A stretch of DNA of 64,000 bases. Origin: Lama guanicoe. Taxonomy: Eukaryota. A model generated the notes under the pieces. The model saw only the letters and a program-made list of their open reading frames with translations. It made no database searches and was not told the origin of the DNA. A program made the position numbers and the translations under genes. Of the stretch, positions 1 to 11,995 are shown one piece after another. The DNA lies in assembly GCA_013239625.1 (NCBI GenBank), contig MU054338.1:6302724-6366723 (forward strand). The letters run 5' to 3'. Numbering within the stretch: the first letter of the stretch is position 1; each line of letters begins with the position of its first letter.

Positions 1-880
1 CGGCTGCCAATGAGCTCCGCCGAGTAGCAGAGGGGGCAGGGCTAGCCCTTAAAGGAACCACGACCTGTCAGTAGACCAGAGGGTGACCCGGATGATGGCG
101 GCCAGCGCGGCCCTAGCCTTGGCCTTGTGGCTACTACTGCCGCCAGTGAGGGTAGGAGGGGCAGGGCCCCCGCCGATCCAGGACGGCGAGTTCACGTTCC
201 TGCTGCCTGCGGGGCGGAAGCAGTGTTTCTATCAGTCTGCGCCGGCCAATGCAAGCCTTGAGGCTGAGTACCAGGTAGAGGGTCCCGGGCCGAGGATAGA
301 GCCGAGCCAGGGAAAGAGGGCGTGGCCAAATACGGCAAGCTTTGCATATATTAAAGAGGGAAGGGGGAGGAGCCCGTGCGTAGGAGCGCGGGGGCGGAGC
401 CAGGGAGAGCGAGACAGAGGGGGCGGGGATGACGCGTGGGAGCGGAAGGGGTGGGAGTAATGGCAGAAGGCGGAGCTAGAATGAGAGCCGGAGACGGGGG
501 GCCATCGGGAGAAAAGAGGGAGTCCTTCAGAAGGCAGGAGTCTCGCGAGTGGGCATGGCCAAAAAGGTTGGGTTCATTGAAGGTGTTGGGGGTGCTTGAT
601 CAGCATGCTGCGCCATAAAAGGCGTGGCCAAACTGAGGATTTCTCGGGGGTTGGGCTAAGGGAAAGAGGCGGGGCTCAGTTATCTCCTTTGGGTGTGGCC
701 AAACCGGGGCGTGGTCAGGTAAACGCAGATCAAGGACTTTCGTCGCGCGGGGTGTGGGGGGGTGCGTGACCAGATAAAAGAGCTGATCGCTGGGGCGTGG
801 TATCAATAGGGGCGGAGCCAGGACGAGCGCAGCCAGAGGGGACCGGAGAGGGTAGGACTCACTTGCAGGTGTAGGTGTCA
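1..880. promoter_or_regulatory. CpG/GC-rich promoter and first-intron region of TMED1 (CCAAT box at 7-11, several GC boxes)
   Basis: High density of CpG and GGGGCGG/GGGCGTGG motifs around exon 1; CCAAT lies about 80 nt upstream of the ATG. Confidence 0.7.
92..274 (+). CDS. TMED1: TMED1 (p24 gamma-1, GOLD-domain cargo receptor) coding exon 1: signal peptide and start of GOLD domain
   Basis: ATG ATG at 92; [18 protein letters not shown]...[31 protein letters not shown]; donor CAG|gtagag; 183 nt. Confidence 0.97.
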
Positions 881-1004
881 GAGTTCAGGTAGACCCCTGG
901 TGGTGGTCTGTATGGGTCTGTGCTGGTTGGTCCAGCCCTGGCCTTCTCTAGCAGGTGTCTTTGGCCTACCCCTAGCCCTCCACCCGCTCTTACCTGCCCC
1001 CCAG

Positions 1005-1102
1005 GTGATCGGAGGTGCTGGGTTGGACGTGGATTTCACGCTGGAGAGCCCTCAGGGAGTGCTGCTGGTCAGCGAGTCCCGCAAGGCAGACGGGGTGCAC
1101 AC
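1005..1102 (+). CDS. TMED1: TMED1 exon 2
   Basis: ccccag|GTGATC...CACAC|gtgagt; [33 protein letters not shown]; 98 nt. Confidence 0.97.
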
Positions 1103-1241
1103 GTGAGTTAAGTCCTTCAGGCTGCCCGGGTTCAGTTACAACCCTGCCCCTCCTCAGTGGCCTCGGGTTACTACTCTGCCTGCCTGGCAAAGTCCGGCTG
1201 GCTGGCCACTGAGGGTCATGTCTGTGTGTCTATCTGCCCAG

Positions 1242-1425
1242 GGTGGAGCCCACGGAGGCCGGGGACTACAAGCTGTGCTTTGACAATTCCTTTAGCACAA
1301 TCTCGGAGAAGCTGGTGTTCTTCGAACTCATCTTTGACAGCCTGCAGGATGACGAGGAGTTGGAGGGCTGGGCAGAGGCTGTGGAGCCCGAGGAGATGCT
1401 GGATGTCAAGATGGAAGACATCAAG
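1242..1425 (+). CDS. TMED1: TMED1 exon 3
   Basis: cccag|GGTGGAG...ATCAAG|gtgcgc; [32 protein letters not shown]...KMEDIK; 184 nt. Confidence 0.97.
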
Positions 1426-1529
1426 GTGCGCCCAGGTTGAGCTCTCTGGCATTGGGCCCTGCCCTCTCGCCTTGGCTGGAGTCTCCCTAGGCCTGACCCA
1501 GACTTTGTTACATATTGGTGCCTCCAACT

Positions 1530-1765
1530 TAGTAACAGAACATTTCTAGGTTTACAAACCTGGTTTTAAGGGCTTAAATAACTCATTAAATATCCATAAC
1601 CGTCTTGTACATAGGTAGTGTGCTCTAATTACACCCTATTTTACAGTTGGAGAAACTGAGGTCCAGAGAGGTTAATTAACTTGCTCCTGGTGACACAGCC
1701 AGTGAGTGGCAGAGGGAGGATTTAGAGTCAGGCAGCCTGGCCACCGAGTCTGTGCTCTGGGCTCT
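1530..1765 (+). mobile_element. MIR SINE remnant
   Basis: Typical MIR core: cctattttacagttggagaaactgaggtccagagaggttaattaacttgctcc...acacagccagtgagtggcagag. Confidence 0.75.
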
Positions 1766-1847
1766 CCCTTCCACTCCCCTGCAACATGAACTGTCACCCC
1801 ATTCTATAGGACAAAGGCTTGACCCTGCTTCTCCTTCTGTGCCATAG

Positions 1848-2066
1848 GAGTCCATCGAGACTACAAGGACCCGGCTCGAGCGCAGCATCCAAATGCTGAC
1901 TCTGCTGCGAGCCTTTGAGGCACGTGACCGCAACCTGCAAGAGGGTAACCTGGAACGGGTCAACTTTTGGTCAGCCGTGAACGTGGCCGTGTTGCTGCTC
2001 GTGGCCGTGCTGCAAGTCTGCACGCTCAAGCGCTTCTTTCAGGACAAGCGCCCAGTGCCTACGTAG
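1848..2066 (+). CDS. TMED1: TMED1 exon 4 coding part: coiled coil, TM helix and cytosolic KRFF tail; total CDS 684 nt = 227 aa
   Basis: ccatag|[81 protein letters not shown] at 2064-2066; frame stays open across all 4 exons. Confidence 0.97.
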   Translation, partial: ESIETTRTRLERSIQMLTLLRAFEARDRNLQEGNLERVNFWSAVNVAVLLLVAVLQVCTLKRFFQDKRPVPT

Positions 2067-2643
2067 CCCCCTGCCACAGAACAACAGGGGAAAGGAGGGG
2101 CAGCAAGGCGCATGTGTGTGCAACTTGGGGGAGGGTTCCTTCTCCAACTGAGTTTCCTACGAGAAGGGAGGCTGTGCAGTCTGGGCCTGAGGTGTGGCCC
2201 TCATGCAGCTCCTCCCTTTCTGGGGCCAGGCAGGGAACACTGGCTGGCTCACAGGCCTGGGCCCTCCAGGAGAGGTGGCTCAGTGGCTGCACCTGTTTTC
2301 CTGGAAGTTGTGCACGGGGGGCACTGCAGTGTTTGAATGCAACCCTTGAATTTTCTGGCCCGGCCTCTGTCCCCTACTGTAATTGTGCCTTAGCTGGAGT
2401 CTTCCAGCCTGCACCAGCACCGCGTGGTGTGGAGCGGGGCCCAGAAGCAAACTTCCCCTTCCTTTCCCCACTGGCCCTCTGAGGCAGGTCACAGTAGGAG
2501 GGGGCTTGCTGCTATGGGATCCCATGCCTGCCTTCCTTCTCCTTGTGGCTCCACCCGAGGCCTGTGCTGCTGCTGGGGGTAGCCTGCTCATGCCAGGGTC
2601 CGGGAAGGAGACGTAGCTGCAGTGTTCTTGCCAGAACAGTCAC

Positions 2644-2649
2644 TTTATT
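2644..2649 (-). terminator. Candidate distal poly(A) signal AATAAA for DNM2
   Basis: tttatt on + strand, about 870 nt beyond the main DNM2 signals. Confidence 0.4.
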
Positions 2650-2854
2650 GACAGGAAGGGGCCTGGCCCCTCGGCCCAGCGGGGGGCGGGCCTGGTGTGA
2701 GGTCTGGTAATAGAATTCCAGGATCGGGACCTGCAGACCACCCGCCCCTCCCGCTCTCCCTGCAGGGGCCCCAGACAGAGCTGAGGGTGGCCCAGCCAAA
2801 GCCTGTACTGGAGCCTCACAGAACAAAAGGCGGTCTGGCTTGGGCACCAGAGTC

Positions 2855-2860
2855 AATAAA
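2855..2860 (+). terminator. Probable TMED1 poly(A) signal AATAAA
   Basis: First AATAAA I found on the + strand after the TMED1 stop codon. Confidence 0.6.
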
Positions 2861-3509
2861 TTATGGTCAGAAAAATCACAGAGCCTGGTGACTGGGGCTC
2901 AGGGACACCGGCCGGGACAGACCTGCCCCCAAGGGGGCAGCCAGGCAGGCGGGAGGGGTCTCCCACGAAGCTCAGAAGAAAGGTCGGGCAGGAGCCGATG
3001 GAGGTGGTCGCCTGGGCACAAGAGAAAAATCAGAAAGCAAAGTTTAACTGTGTCCCCGGCTGGGCCAGAAGGCCTGGGCCCCCAAGAGGGCGAAGGGGGA
3101 ACCTCGGGGGTAAGTCCTCAAGACTGCAGGGGCGGGGAGAGGCCTGACCATTGTTGCAGTTTGAGGTGGAGGGCCAGGATCCCCTCTCCCCTCAGTAATT
3201 CGGATGCCCAGCCCAGGCCCCCACCCTGGCCTCCATTAGCAGTGAGGTGGTCAGGGGCTCCCACCAGGCCTCTGTGGGTGGGGGTAGAATGGGGGGGGTA
3301 CTTGTTAAGGAGAGTAAAGGCTCTCCCCGCTAGAAGAAGTGAACCCTCCCAAGAGCAGCGCCCCAGTGAGTGAGGTGTGGGGGAGCCCATGCTGGGATGG
3401 GTAAGGGGAGTCCTTGTGGGAGGCCCTCTGGGGGAAGGCCAGCACCCATGTCCTCAGCCTGAACATCAACACAAAAGGCTCACACAGCAGCCACCAGAAG
3501 CGTCTTCCC

Positions 3510-3525
3510 TTTATTTTAGTTTATT
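3510..3525 (-). terminator. DNM2 main poly(A) signals (two AATAAA 10 nt apart)
   Basis: Minus strand reads AATAAActaaAATAAA, about 800 nt after the DNM2 stop, in an AT-rich patch. Confidence 0.8.
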
Positions 3526-4323
3526 AATAGGATACAGAGCGCAGGCACTTACAGTGGTCAAACTGAGCGAGTGAGAAGATCTACTCACAGAGAGGCCGCC
3601 CGGGGCCCACCCTGTAGGGGAGGCCTGGGTGGGAGCCAAGAGGCCCCCAAAGCTTCCCCACCCACTCAGCCCTGAGCCCAGGCCGTCCTGGGGACCCAGG
3701 AGGAGGAGGGGACCCTGGGAGGAGAGAACGAGGTTGGCCGGGGCCGAATGTTTCGGACCTGGCAAAGGCACCTCTGGCAGCCGAGGCTGGGCCGTGCGGT
3801 TAATACGGCCAAGGAAGGAATATGTACAACCTGGGCAGGCGGGTGGCACGGGGCCCGCTGGGCCTGGCTCACCACTGGGAGCTCCCACTGCTGAGAAGCA
3901 GACACACTCCTTGTGTCCCCAGCGAGGACTGGGGGCTACAGACACCCTTGGTGCCATTTCTAGAAGGCCTGGTCTACTCAGGCTTTCCTGGCCAGAGAAG
4001 CCCCTGAGTGAGTCCCCTGACCCCAGCCTGGATCCCTCATTCAAGATGGCACGCAGGATGCAGGTGCCGCCTCTGCTACCCAAGACCCTATCCCCCAAAG
4101 TGCAACACCCCAGCTCCACTCATCCTGAGGCTACAGGGCCCCTCCATTCAGTGCTGTGTCCATCTGGGGATGGGGGCCAGGGTTAGGGAAGAGTCAGGGG
4201 CTGCCTGCAAGGAGCCTGGTCCTGCATGAGGATGGGAGGGCCAGGGGTGGCAGATGGGCCCAGACCACCGAAGCTCCTGCACCGAGGGTGCTCGAGGACC
4301 CCCGAGAACATCCCCCCCGCAGC

Positions 4324-4632
<309 letters not shown>

Positions 4633-4976
4633 TCACAGGAGAATCGGGGAGGAAAGAGCCTGGCCTGCAGGGTGGGGCGAGGCAGGGCAGGGGTGTGCAA
4701 TGACTTGACGTTATGTGTCCTCAGAAGGGAAACAGGTCAAAATCAGAAGAAGGGGCTCTGTGTGAGGGGTTGCGAGCTATGTGGTGGGCCCACTGCTCAG
4801 GTAGAGGACGGGCCTGGGAGTCCAGGAGTCACCGTGACTCCACCACTCTGTGAACTTGGACTCTCTGGGCCTCTGTCTCCCTACCAGCCCAATAGGGATG
4901 CCAGTGACGCCTCCACTAACTGCAGGGCCGAAGTGGGTGGTTCTAGAGGCAGACAGCAAGGGGGGGTCCAGCCTTA

Positions 4977-5561
<585 letters not shown>

Positions 5562-6268
5562 CTACCTCCTCCAATCCATCCCCTGTAGCCAGAAATCTTT
5601 CCAGAGCCCAGCCCTGTCAAATGCCTCCAGAGGCTGCAAACTGTCCAGGTGCCCCACAAACTTCCCCTGGGACTGAGCACCTGCTGCCCCACCAGGCTGG
5701 ATGCTGTGCCCTCCTCCCAAGGAACTCCAAGGCTCCCTGAGGTCTTGGTAGGGCTGGGACCTTCTGAGTTTTCCCTGACTCTCTCCCCCTGCCACCTGCA
5801 CTGTCACTGCTTAGGTGTCCCTGCCTGATGCTCTGGCTTGCCCATGCCAGGGCCTCATTTCCAGCTCAGCTCTAGGGTGGTCAGGGCAGGGGATGCTGGG
5901 TATACTCATGTGTCCCCCCAGATCCTCCCCTGCCCACCGTTCTTAGCTGTGCTCTGTGCTCCAAGAGGCTCACCCCTATGGCTGGGGTCACTCAGGCCTC
6001 TTGCCCTCTTTGGCTTCCATGTGGGCTTAGCCAGGGGAAGGCACCAGGAGACAGGCAGGCCTTAAACTCTTCTCTCTCCCAGTCCCTCCAGGCCTAGGTG
6101 GGGTAGCAGCCCCCACTGTGGCTAACCCTGGGTGCTGTGCCATTGTGGTCAGAGCCCTGCATCCGGCCCACCCTGTGTGTGCCCTGACGGACACAAGGGA
6201 GGTGGGGGGGAGCTGGGAACCTGCAGGGGGCAGTCTCTGCAGCCTGCTGGTGACCGGGCCTCACGGAC

Positions 6269-6501
6269 CTATGGCTGCTGCTGCTCTGGAGCCAGGTGTC
6301 GTCAACGGGCGGGGGGACAGGCGTGGACACGGTGCTGGTGCTAATGTCCCCGATGATGTTGAGCGCCTCCTTGAGCGCGTGGTACATGCGCAGCATGTCG
6401 TCCCGCCGCTGGGCCTGGTCAGCTGACTCCTCCATGAGGCTGCTCTGGTCCGCCGACGAGTACAGGTAGGCCAGCAGCTCGTGGTGGATGAAGGCCTTCG
6501 T
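6269..6501 (-). CDS. DNM2: DNM2 exon 19 (GED)
   Basis: ccccag|ACGAAG...CATAG|gtccgt; [47 protein letters not shown]...; 233 nt. Confidence 0.96.
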
Positions 6502-6629
6502 CTGGGGGGCAAGGGGCGGAGAGGTCAGGGCTGGCCACCACCCCAGCCAGGAACTCAGCCGGGCACTGCGACTGGCTGCAGGAGCAGCCGCACCCTCGGC
6601 GGGGCTCTGTCTTTAACTGAACCGCAGAA

Positions 6630-7760
6630 CGTGGGAGAGGTTTACGACAGGATGCGTTTTCCAGTCGGTTGTTTCTCGGGTCCCTCAAGGGTGCCTGCAA
6701 GTATTCTTCCAACCCATTTCATGAGATTCCTATGAAACTTTCTCCTGATATTTTTTCTCTGGCTTTGGTTTAAAAACTGCTGGTTTCTGTTCATTAATTT
6801 TATACTTTCTCCCTTCCTGAATCTTCCTGCAGGATATAATAGTTTTTCAGTTACTTTTCTTGGGGTTTCTAGGTACACACACTCACACGTACATGAGCTT
6901 CTAAAAATAGGAACAATTTTTCCTATTTTCCTATCACACCTTTAAGTTATTTTTCTTGTCTAACTGCATTGGCTAGTAATGCTACAGAAAGGTTAAATGA
7001 AAGTGGAAATGGCCAACTTCTTGATTTTGGAGGGGATGTTTCCAGAGCTTCCTCATTAGGGGCAAGAGCAGCTTTGAGACTAAAATATATCAATTCAATG
7101 GGTATATGATATAACAGAATTCTTTTTCTACAATTGTCTTTTTAAGAATAGATACTGACTTTTCTCAAACTTTCAACATGTGGAAATATGATAATGCTGG
7201 ATAGTTTTTGATTTGCAAACCATGTAAATGCATTAGCTACTCAAACACTAAGATTTTGAAAAGCTGGTAAAAGGGAAAATAAAATATAACCAAAAGATAC
7301 AGTGAAAACTCCTTTGTCCACTCTGGCCTCCTTAGGCTCCCTGTTTCCTTTCTAGAAAGTAACTGGTCACCAGGTTCTTATATAAACTTCCAGAGATCTC
7401 TAGGCATTTCCCTTGTGTTTCTTCACAAATGGAGCTTTCCTGATTATTCTCTTATATCCCATACCTTTTCCACTTAATAATCGAAGTTATTATACACCTG
7501 GAGATAGTCCTCATCCTTTTGTTTCTTGGGGTTTTTTGGGGGGGAAGGTTGCAATAAAATGGATATTTATTTAATTGATTGTAATAAATGGATAGAGATA
7601 TCCAATCTTTGGCCATTATAAAACAATGCTGAAAAGAATAACCATGCATGTGCTCAATTTGCACAATGGCAAATGTCTCTGGGAAAAACTTCTGCAAGCA
7701 GAATTGCAACTGCTAGGTCAAAGCATACGTGCATTTTAAATTGCATATCTGCAGCACACC
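6630..7760. mobile_element. Old degenerate L1 (L1M-type) fragments
   Basis: Abrupt AT-rich block with L1-like phrases (ttggccattataaacaatgctg...gaattgc...ctgctaggtcaaag); boundaries approximate. Confidence 0.55.
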
Positions 7761-8520
7761 GTATAACACAAGTACCACCTGTATGTCAACTGCACCAGGA
7801 CACCAATGAAACTTAACACTGATCACCAAGGAGGAGACTGAAGAATGTAGCGAAAGGGAAGGGACATGGGATTTCTGCTTTAGACCCCGTCACATTAAGA
7901 GCTTTTCCACAGTCTCAACACAAACCAAACCTGATCTATACAGCTTTCTGAGTGCCTGGTGCTGAGCCCAGGGCCTGGGGCACGAAGCCCCTAAATCCTC
8001 CCAGCAGCCCAGAGCAGGAGACACTAGTACAGCTGTATTTCACCAAACAGAAGCCTAAAGCCTTGAGAGGCTCGGGAGCCCTGTGGGTGGCAGGTAACAC
8101 CCTTGGGTGAAGGCAGGCTGGGCTGCAGGCCATCAGGAGGCCACTGCTGGGGACAGACTCAGCTTGGGTTTGAATCCCACCTCTCACGCTTCTGAGTGAC
8201 TCGGGCAGGTTCTTGACCTCTCTACGCCTCTGTTTTCCTGTTTATAAAAGGAGGGTGACAGCAGTCCCTCTCCTAGGGTTACTGTAAGGCTGAAGAAATT
8301 TAGAGAAACTGCACATGCATGATGTTAGCTTCAACGACCTGATTAAACAGGGTGTGAGCCCTGTGTGCCTGGACCTTCCTACTTCCCAAGAGAGGCTGGG
8401 GATCCTGATTTTATGTTTAAAAGGTGGCGACCCACTCTAGTTTTTAACTTTATACAGACCGTGTTCAGGGCAAATCTGGCAGTGACTGGCCCTGGGGTCC
8501 CTGGAGAGGCAGGCACTCAC

Positions 8521-8685
8521 GTTGTTGATCATGAGGTGCATGATGGTCTTTGGCATGAGGTCGCGGATGGACTTGTTGATGATGGCCACATACGAGTCCA
8601 CCAGGTTGCGAATGGTTTCCACCTGCCGCTCCAGCTGCGGGTCCATAGAGAAGGTGTTCTCCTGGGCTCCATCCTCGTTTTCTGC
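8521..8685 (-). CDS. DNM2: DNM2 exon 18 (PH-GED linker and GED start)
   Basis: ttgcag|GCAGAA...AACAAC|gtgagt; [55 protein letters not shown]; 165 nt. Confidence 0.97.
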
Positions 8686-9187
8686 CTGCAAGTGGGGAAG
8701 GGAGGCAGTGAGGGGTGACTGAGCCTAAGATGAGTGTGGGGAGCCCCATTCGCTGGGGATTGCTTGCCCTATCCCACCCACCACTGACCCCCTGGGGCTG
8801 GCCCCTGATGGCCACATTGGCACCATGTGACCCTGCCTGCCCCTGGCCTAAGCAGCCCGGGCCTGGGGTGGCCACAGCCCAGGCAGGCTAGATCTCTCAT
8901 CCGGGGACTGGACCATGTTACTTTGGAGGTCGTGTTCACTCCGCCTCAACAACAGGCCAGAAAGAGAGAACAAAGCCAAGAGAGGTCCCAGTCCATGTGT
9001 ATCCCTGTCCTAGACTTCAGCTGGAGAGCTTTCTGGGCGCTGATGACAAAACCTTCTCCCCTTTCTGCTTTGTTTGTTCAAGAGGGTATAGGCTACTTGC
9101 CTTCAAGGCATTCTGGTAAACATAGCCTGAAATGACCCATCCCTGGAGATGCTGGCCCCCTGTCTTCTCCCAGGTGGAGTCAGCTCA

Positions 9188-9481
<294 letters not shown>

Positions 9482-9793
9482 TCAAGACCAGAGGCCCCAT
9501 GATGGCAGCAGCCCCTGAATCCCATCGGGCCAATGGAAGTGCCATAAGTTCATGCCTATAGCACCAAAAACCGTACCAAGAGCAGGGGGTACCCAGCGAG
9601 TCCCTGCATCTAGCAGCATCCACGGTGTTTTATCTGTGGGCTCAGTCACTCCTCACTTTCCCCTGGGAACAGCCCATCCTTCCTTTATGCTCTCCTGTGG
9701 GGGCCAAAGGCTGCCAACAACCCCTCAGAAGTGGGCAGTGTCCACGACACCCTCCCCCAGTTGGGAAGCTCGCGTGTCTGTTTTCAGAGAGGC

Positions 9794-9976
9794 TGCAGCG
9801 ACGTCATCCAAAAGAACGTTCTGTGACGGTGCAGACGTTCTCTACCGGCGCTGCCCGACAAGGTGCTTGTTTCTGAGCACCAGGAATGGGATCAGGATGG
9901 CCGAGAAAGTGAATTTCAATCAATTTACATTTAAGTAGTCACATGTGACTAGTGGCTACTGCCTTGGACAGTGAAG
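9794..9976. mobile_element. MER3-like hAT-Charlie MITE remnant
   Basis: gaacgttctgtgacggtg...atttaagtagtcacatgtgactagtggctactgccttggacagtg resembles the recalled MER3 consensus. Confidence 0.6.
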
Positions 9977-10289
9977 GTCTAGCTTGGGCCCTGATTAGGT
10001 GGGTGGAGCTGTCCAGGGACAGGACCAAGACTCCCAGCAAAGGCTTGTGAAATGCTAGACAAATATGGGTCTGTGAACGGAAGAAAGGTGCAGAGCCACA
10101 AGGCTGGAGGAGAAACAGATGGACACCAACCAGCGCTTATGGACAGTATTCTGTATCTACATGCCAGGACTCATGCCATCCTGTCCCAGAAGGCAGGTGT
10201 GGCTGAGACGGCTAAGCTGTTGCAAAGCCTTTGAGTGAGACTTGGGTTTGAGGTTAGGCATAAATGGCCTCATGAGACTGCTCTGGACA

Positions 10290-10620
10290 ACCGGCAGTCA
10301 AGTGAGTGGTTGCCCTGAGCCTTCTGGAAAGAGCTGAGAGTGAGGCTGGGGGGCATGCTTTGTTGCTCCTCCTCCACCTTCCTGCTGCCTGAAACATCAT
10401 CACGATGGCAGCCATCTTGGACAAAGAGGAGGAAGTCTGAGAAAGGAGGAGGAGGGCCTGGGCCTAGATAACTGTGGAGTTGCTCAGTGTGCCCAGAATA
10501 ATCAAAGGCTGGACTTAACTTACGTTAAAAAATAAATAAAGAAAATAAAGAAAAAAAACCTTCTATCTTGTTTCCAGTACTATCATTCTGGGTTTCCTGG
10601 ACTCATCCCTAAATGATACA
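10290..10620 (+). mobile_element. Old MaLR (MLT1-type) LTR remnant
   Basis: ggcagccatcttgga...ttctatcttgttt...cctaaatgataca 3' end; left boundary approximate. Confidence 0.5.
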
Positions 10621-11863
10621 TTAGGTAGTATCTTCACCCCCCTGCACTGGGGAATCACAGGGCCAGGGAGGTGGGATTGTTGCCCAACATCACAAAGCCA
10701 GGAAGAGCTGGCCAGGGGGCCTGTCGTATCGCAGAGCCTGGGTTCTCCTGCACACCCTAGGGCTTCTTAGGCAGGGGAGGTGGGGGTGGGGAGCAATGAT
10801 CATAAATGGGCTATAAAGGTTTCTGGAGCTAGCTGATGGCCAAAGTGGGTCTCAGAATTTTAAGCCAGTCCAGAACAAATATTCTTGCACAAAACAGGTG
10901 ACTCAGCTGAAAGTGGAGGGTGTGGATGCGCAGTGGGGAAGGTGGTCCTGGGGCCAGCAGGGAGGATGTCAGTGCCTGCCGGCCAGTCATGAAGACCCAC
11001 CAGGCCCTGGCTGATTTGGGTGGTCCCTCGTTCCCGGATGAGGGTGTGAGTCTGGGCAGGCCCCCTTCCGAGGTCCATGCTCAGCCCTGCCTCCTGCTCT
11101 CAGACCTGCTGCCACCTGGGTCTCTTCCTGAGTGAGAGAAGTGCCTTTGCTTTTGCTAAGTCTCCCACCAAAGCACCTTGCGATGGATATACCGAGAGCC
11201 TCTTGGGCCCTTCTCTTCTCTGTCTATACTGGCCCAGAGATCTCATCCCATCTAGACTTTAACACCACCACAAAATGAGAACTCCCCAATTCGCATTCCT
11301 ACCTGGAGCACATTCCTGATCACCAGCTCTTATACCTACCCAGCTGCCTCCTCCACGCCCCATGTGGTGTCTCACAGGCCTCTCTCCCTCAGCATGGCCC
11401 AAGCCTGCCTCAGACTGCCCAGGCCTACTCTGCCTCTGCCCCCCTACGTCAGCCGATGGCAGCCCTACAAGAGCTCAGGGTCTGCAGTCACGCCTTTCTC
11501 GTTCTCACACACACATCTACCAGAGGTTCTACTGGAATCCGCCCTCCCCCACTTCTCTGTGTCCCAGGCCCCAGCTGGGTCCAGCCCCACCATCTAACAC
11601 CTGGACCTGTGCAGTTGCTGCCCTCATCCTCACCTCCTCAGTCTGTTCCACTCAAGGCCACCAGGGGGCGCGAGTGAATACAAGTCAGGTCTGGTGGCTC
11701 CTGGGCTCAGAAGCCTCCACAGCTCCTGTTATCATTTCATCTTTATTTCAACTCAGAGGGGTGTTCTCTGACCACCCAACAGAAGCATTTTTCTATTTCT
11801 TGACTGACTCCCTTTCTGGAATGTGAGACCCCAGGGTAGGGACTGTTCAGAGCAAGCACCTCA

Positions 11864-11995
<132 letters not shown>

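Noticed and set aside
83..91. In-frame GTG upstream of the TMED1 ATG
   Set aside because: Would add only 3 residues to a signal peptide; no supporting evidence
6502..6570. Possible tailed mirtron at the exon 19 acceptor (human DNM2 has annotated intronic miRNAs such as MIR6793)
   Set aside because: I could not recognise a mature sequence or a convincing hairpin
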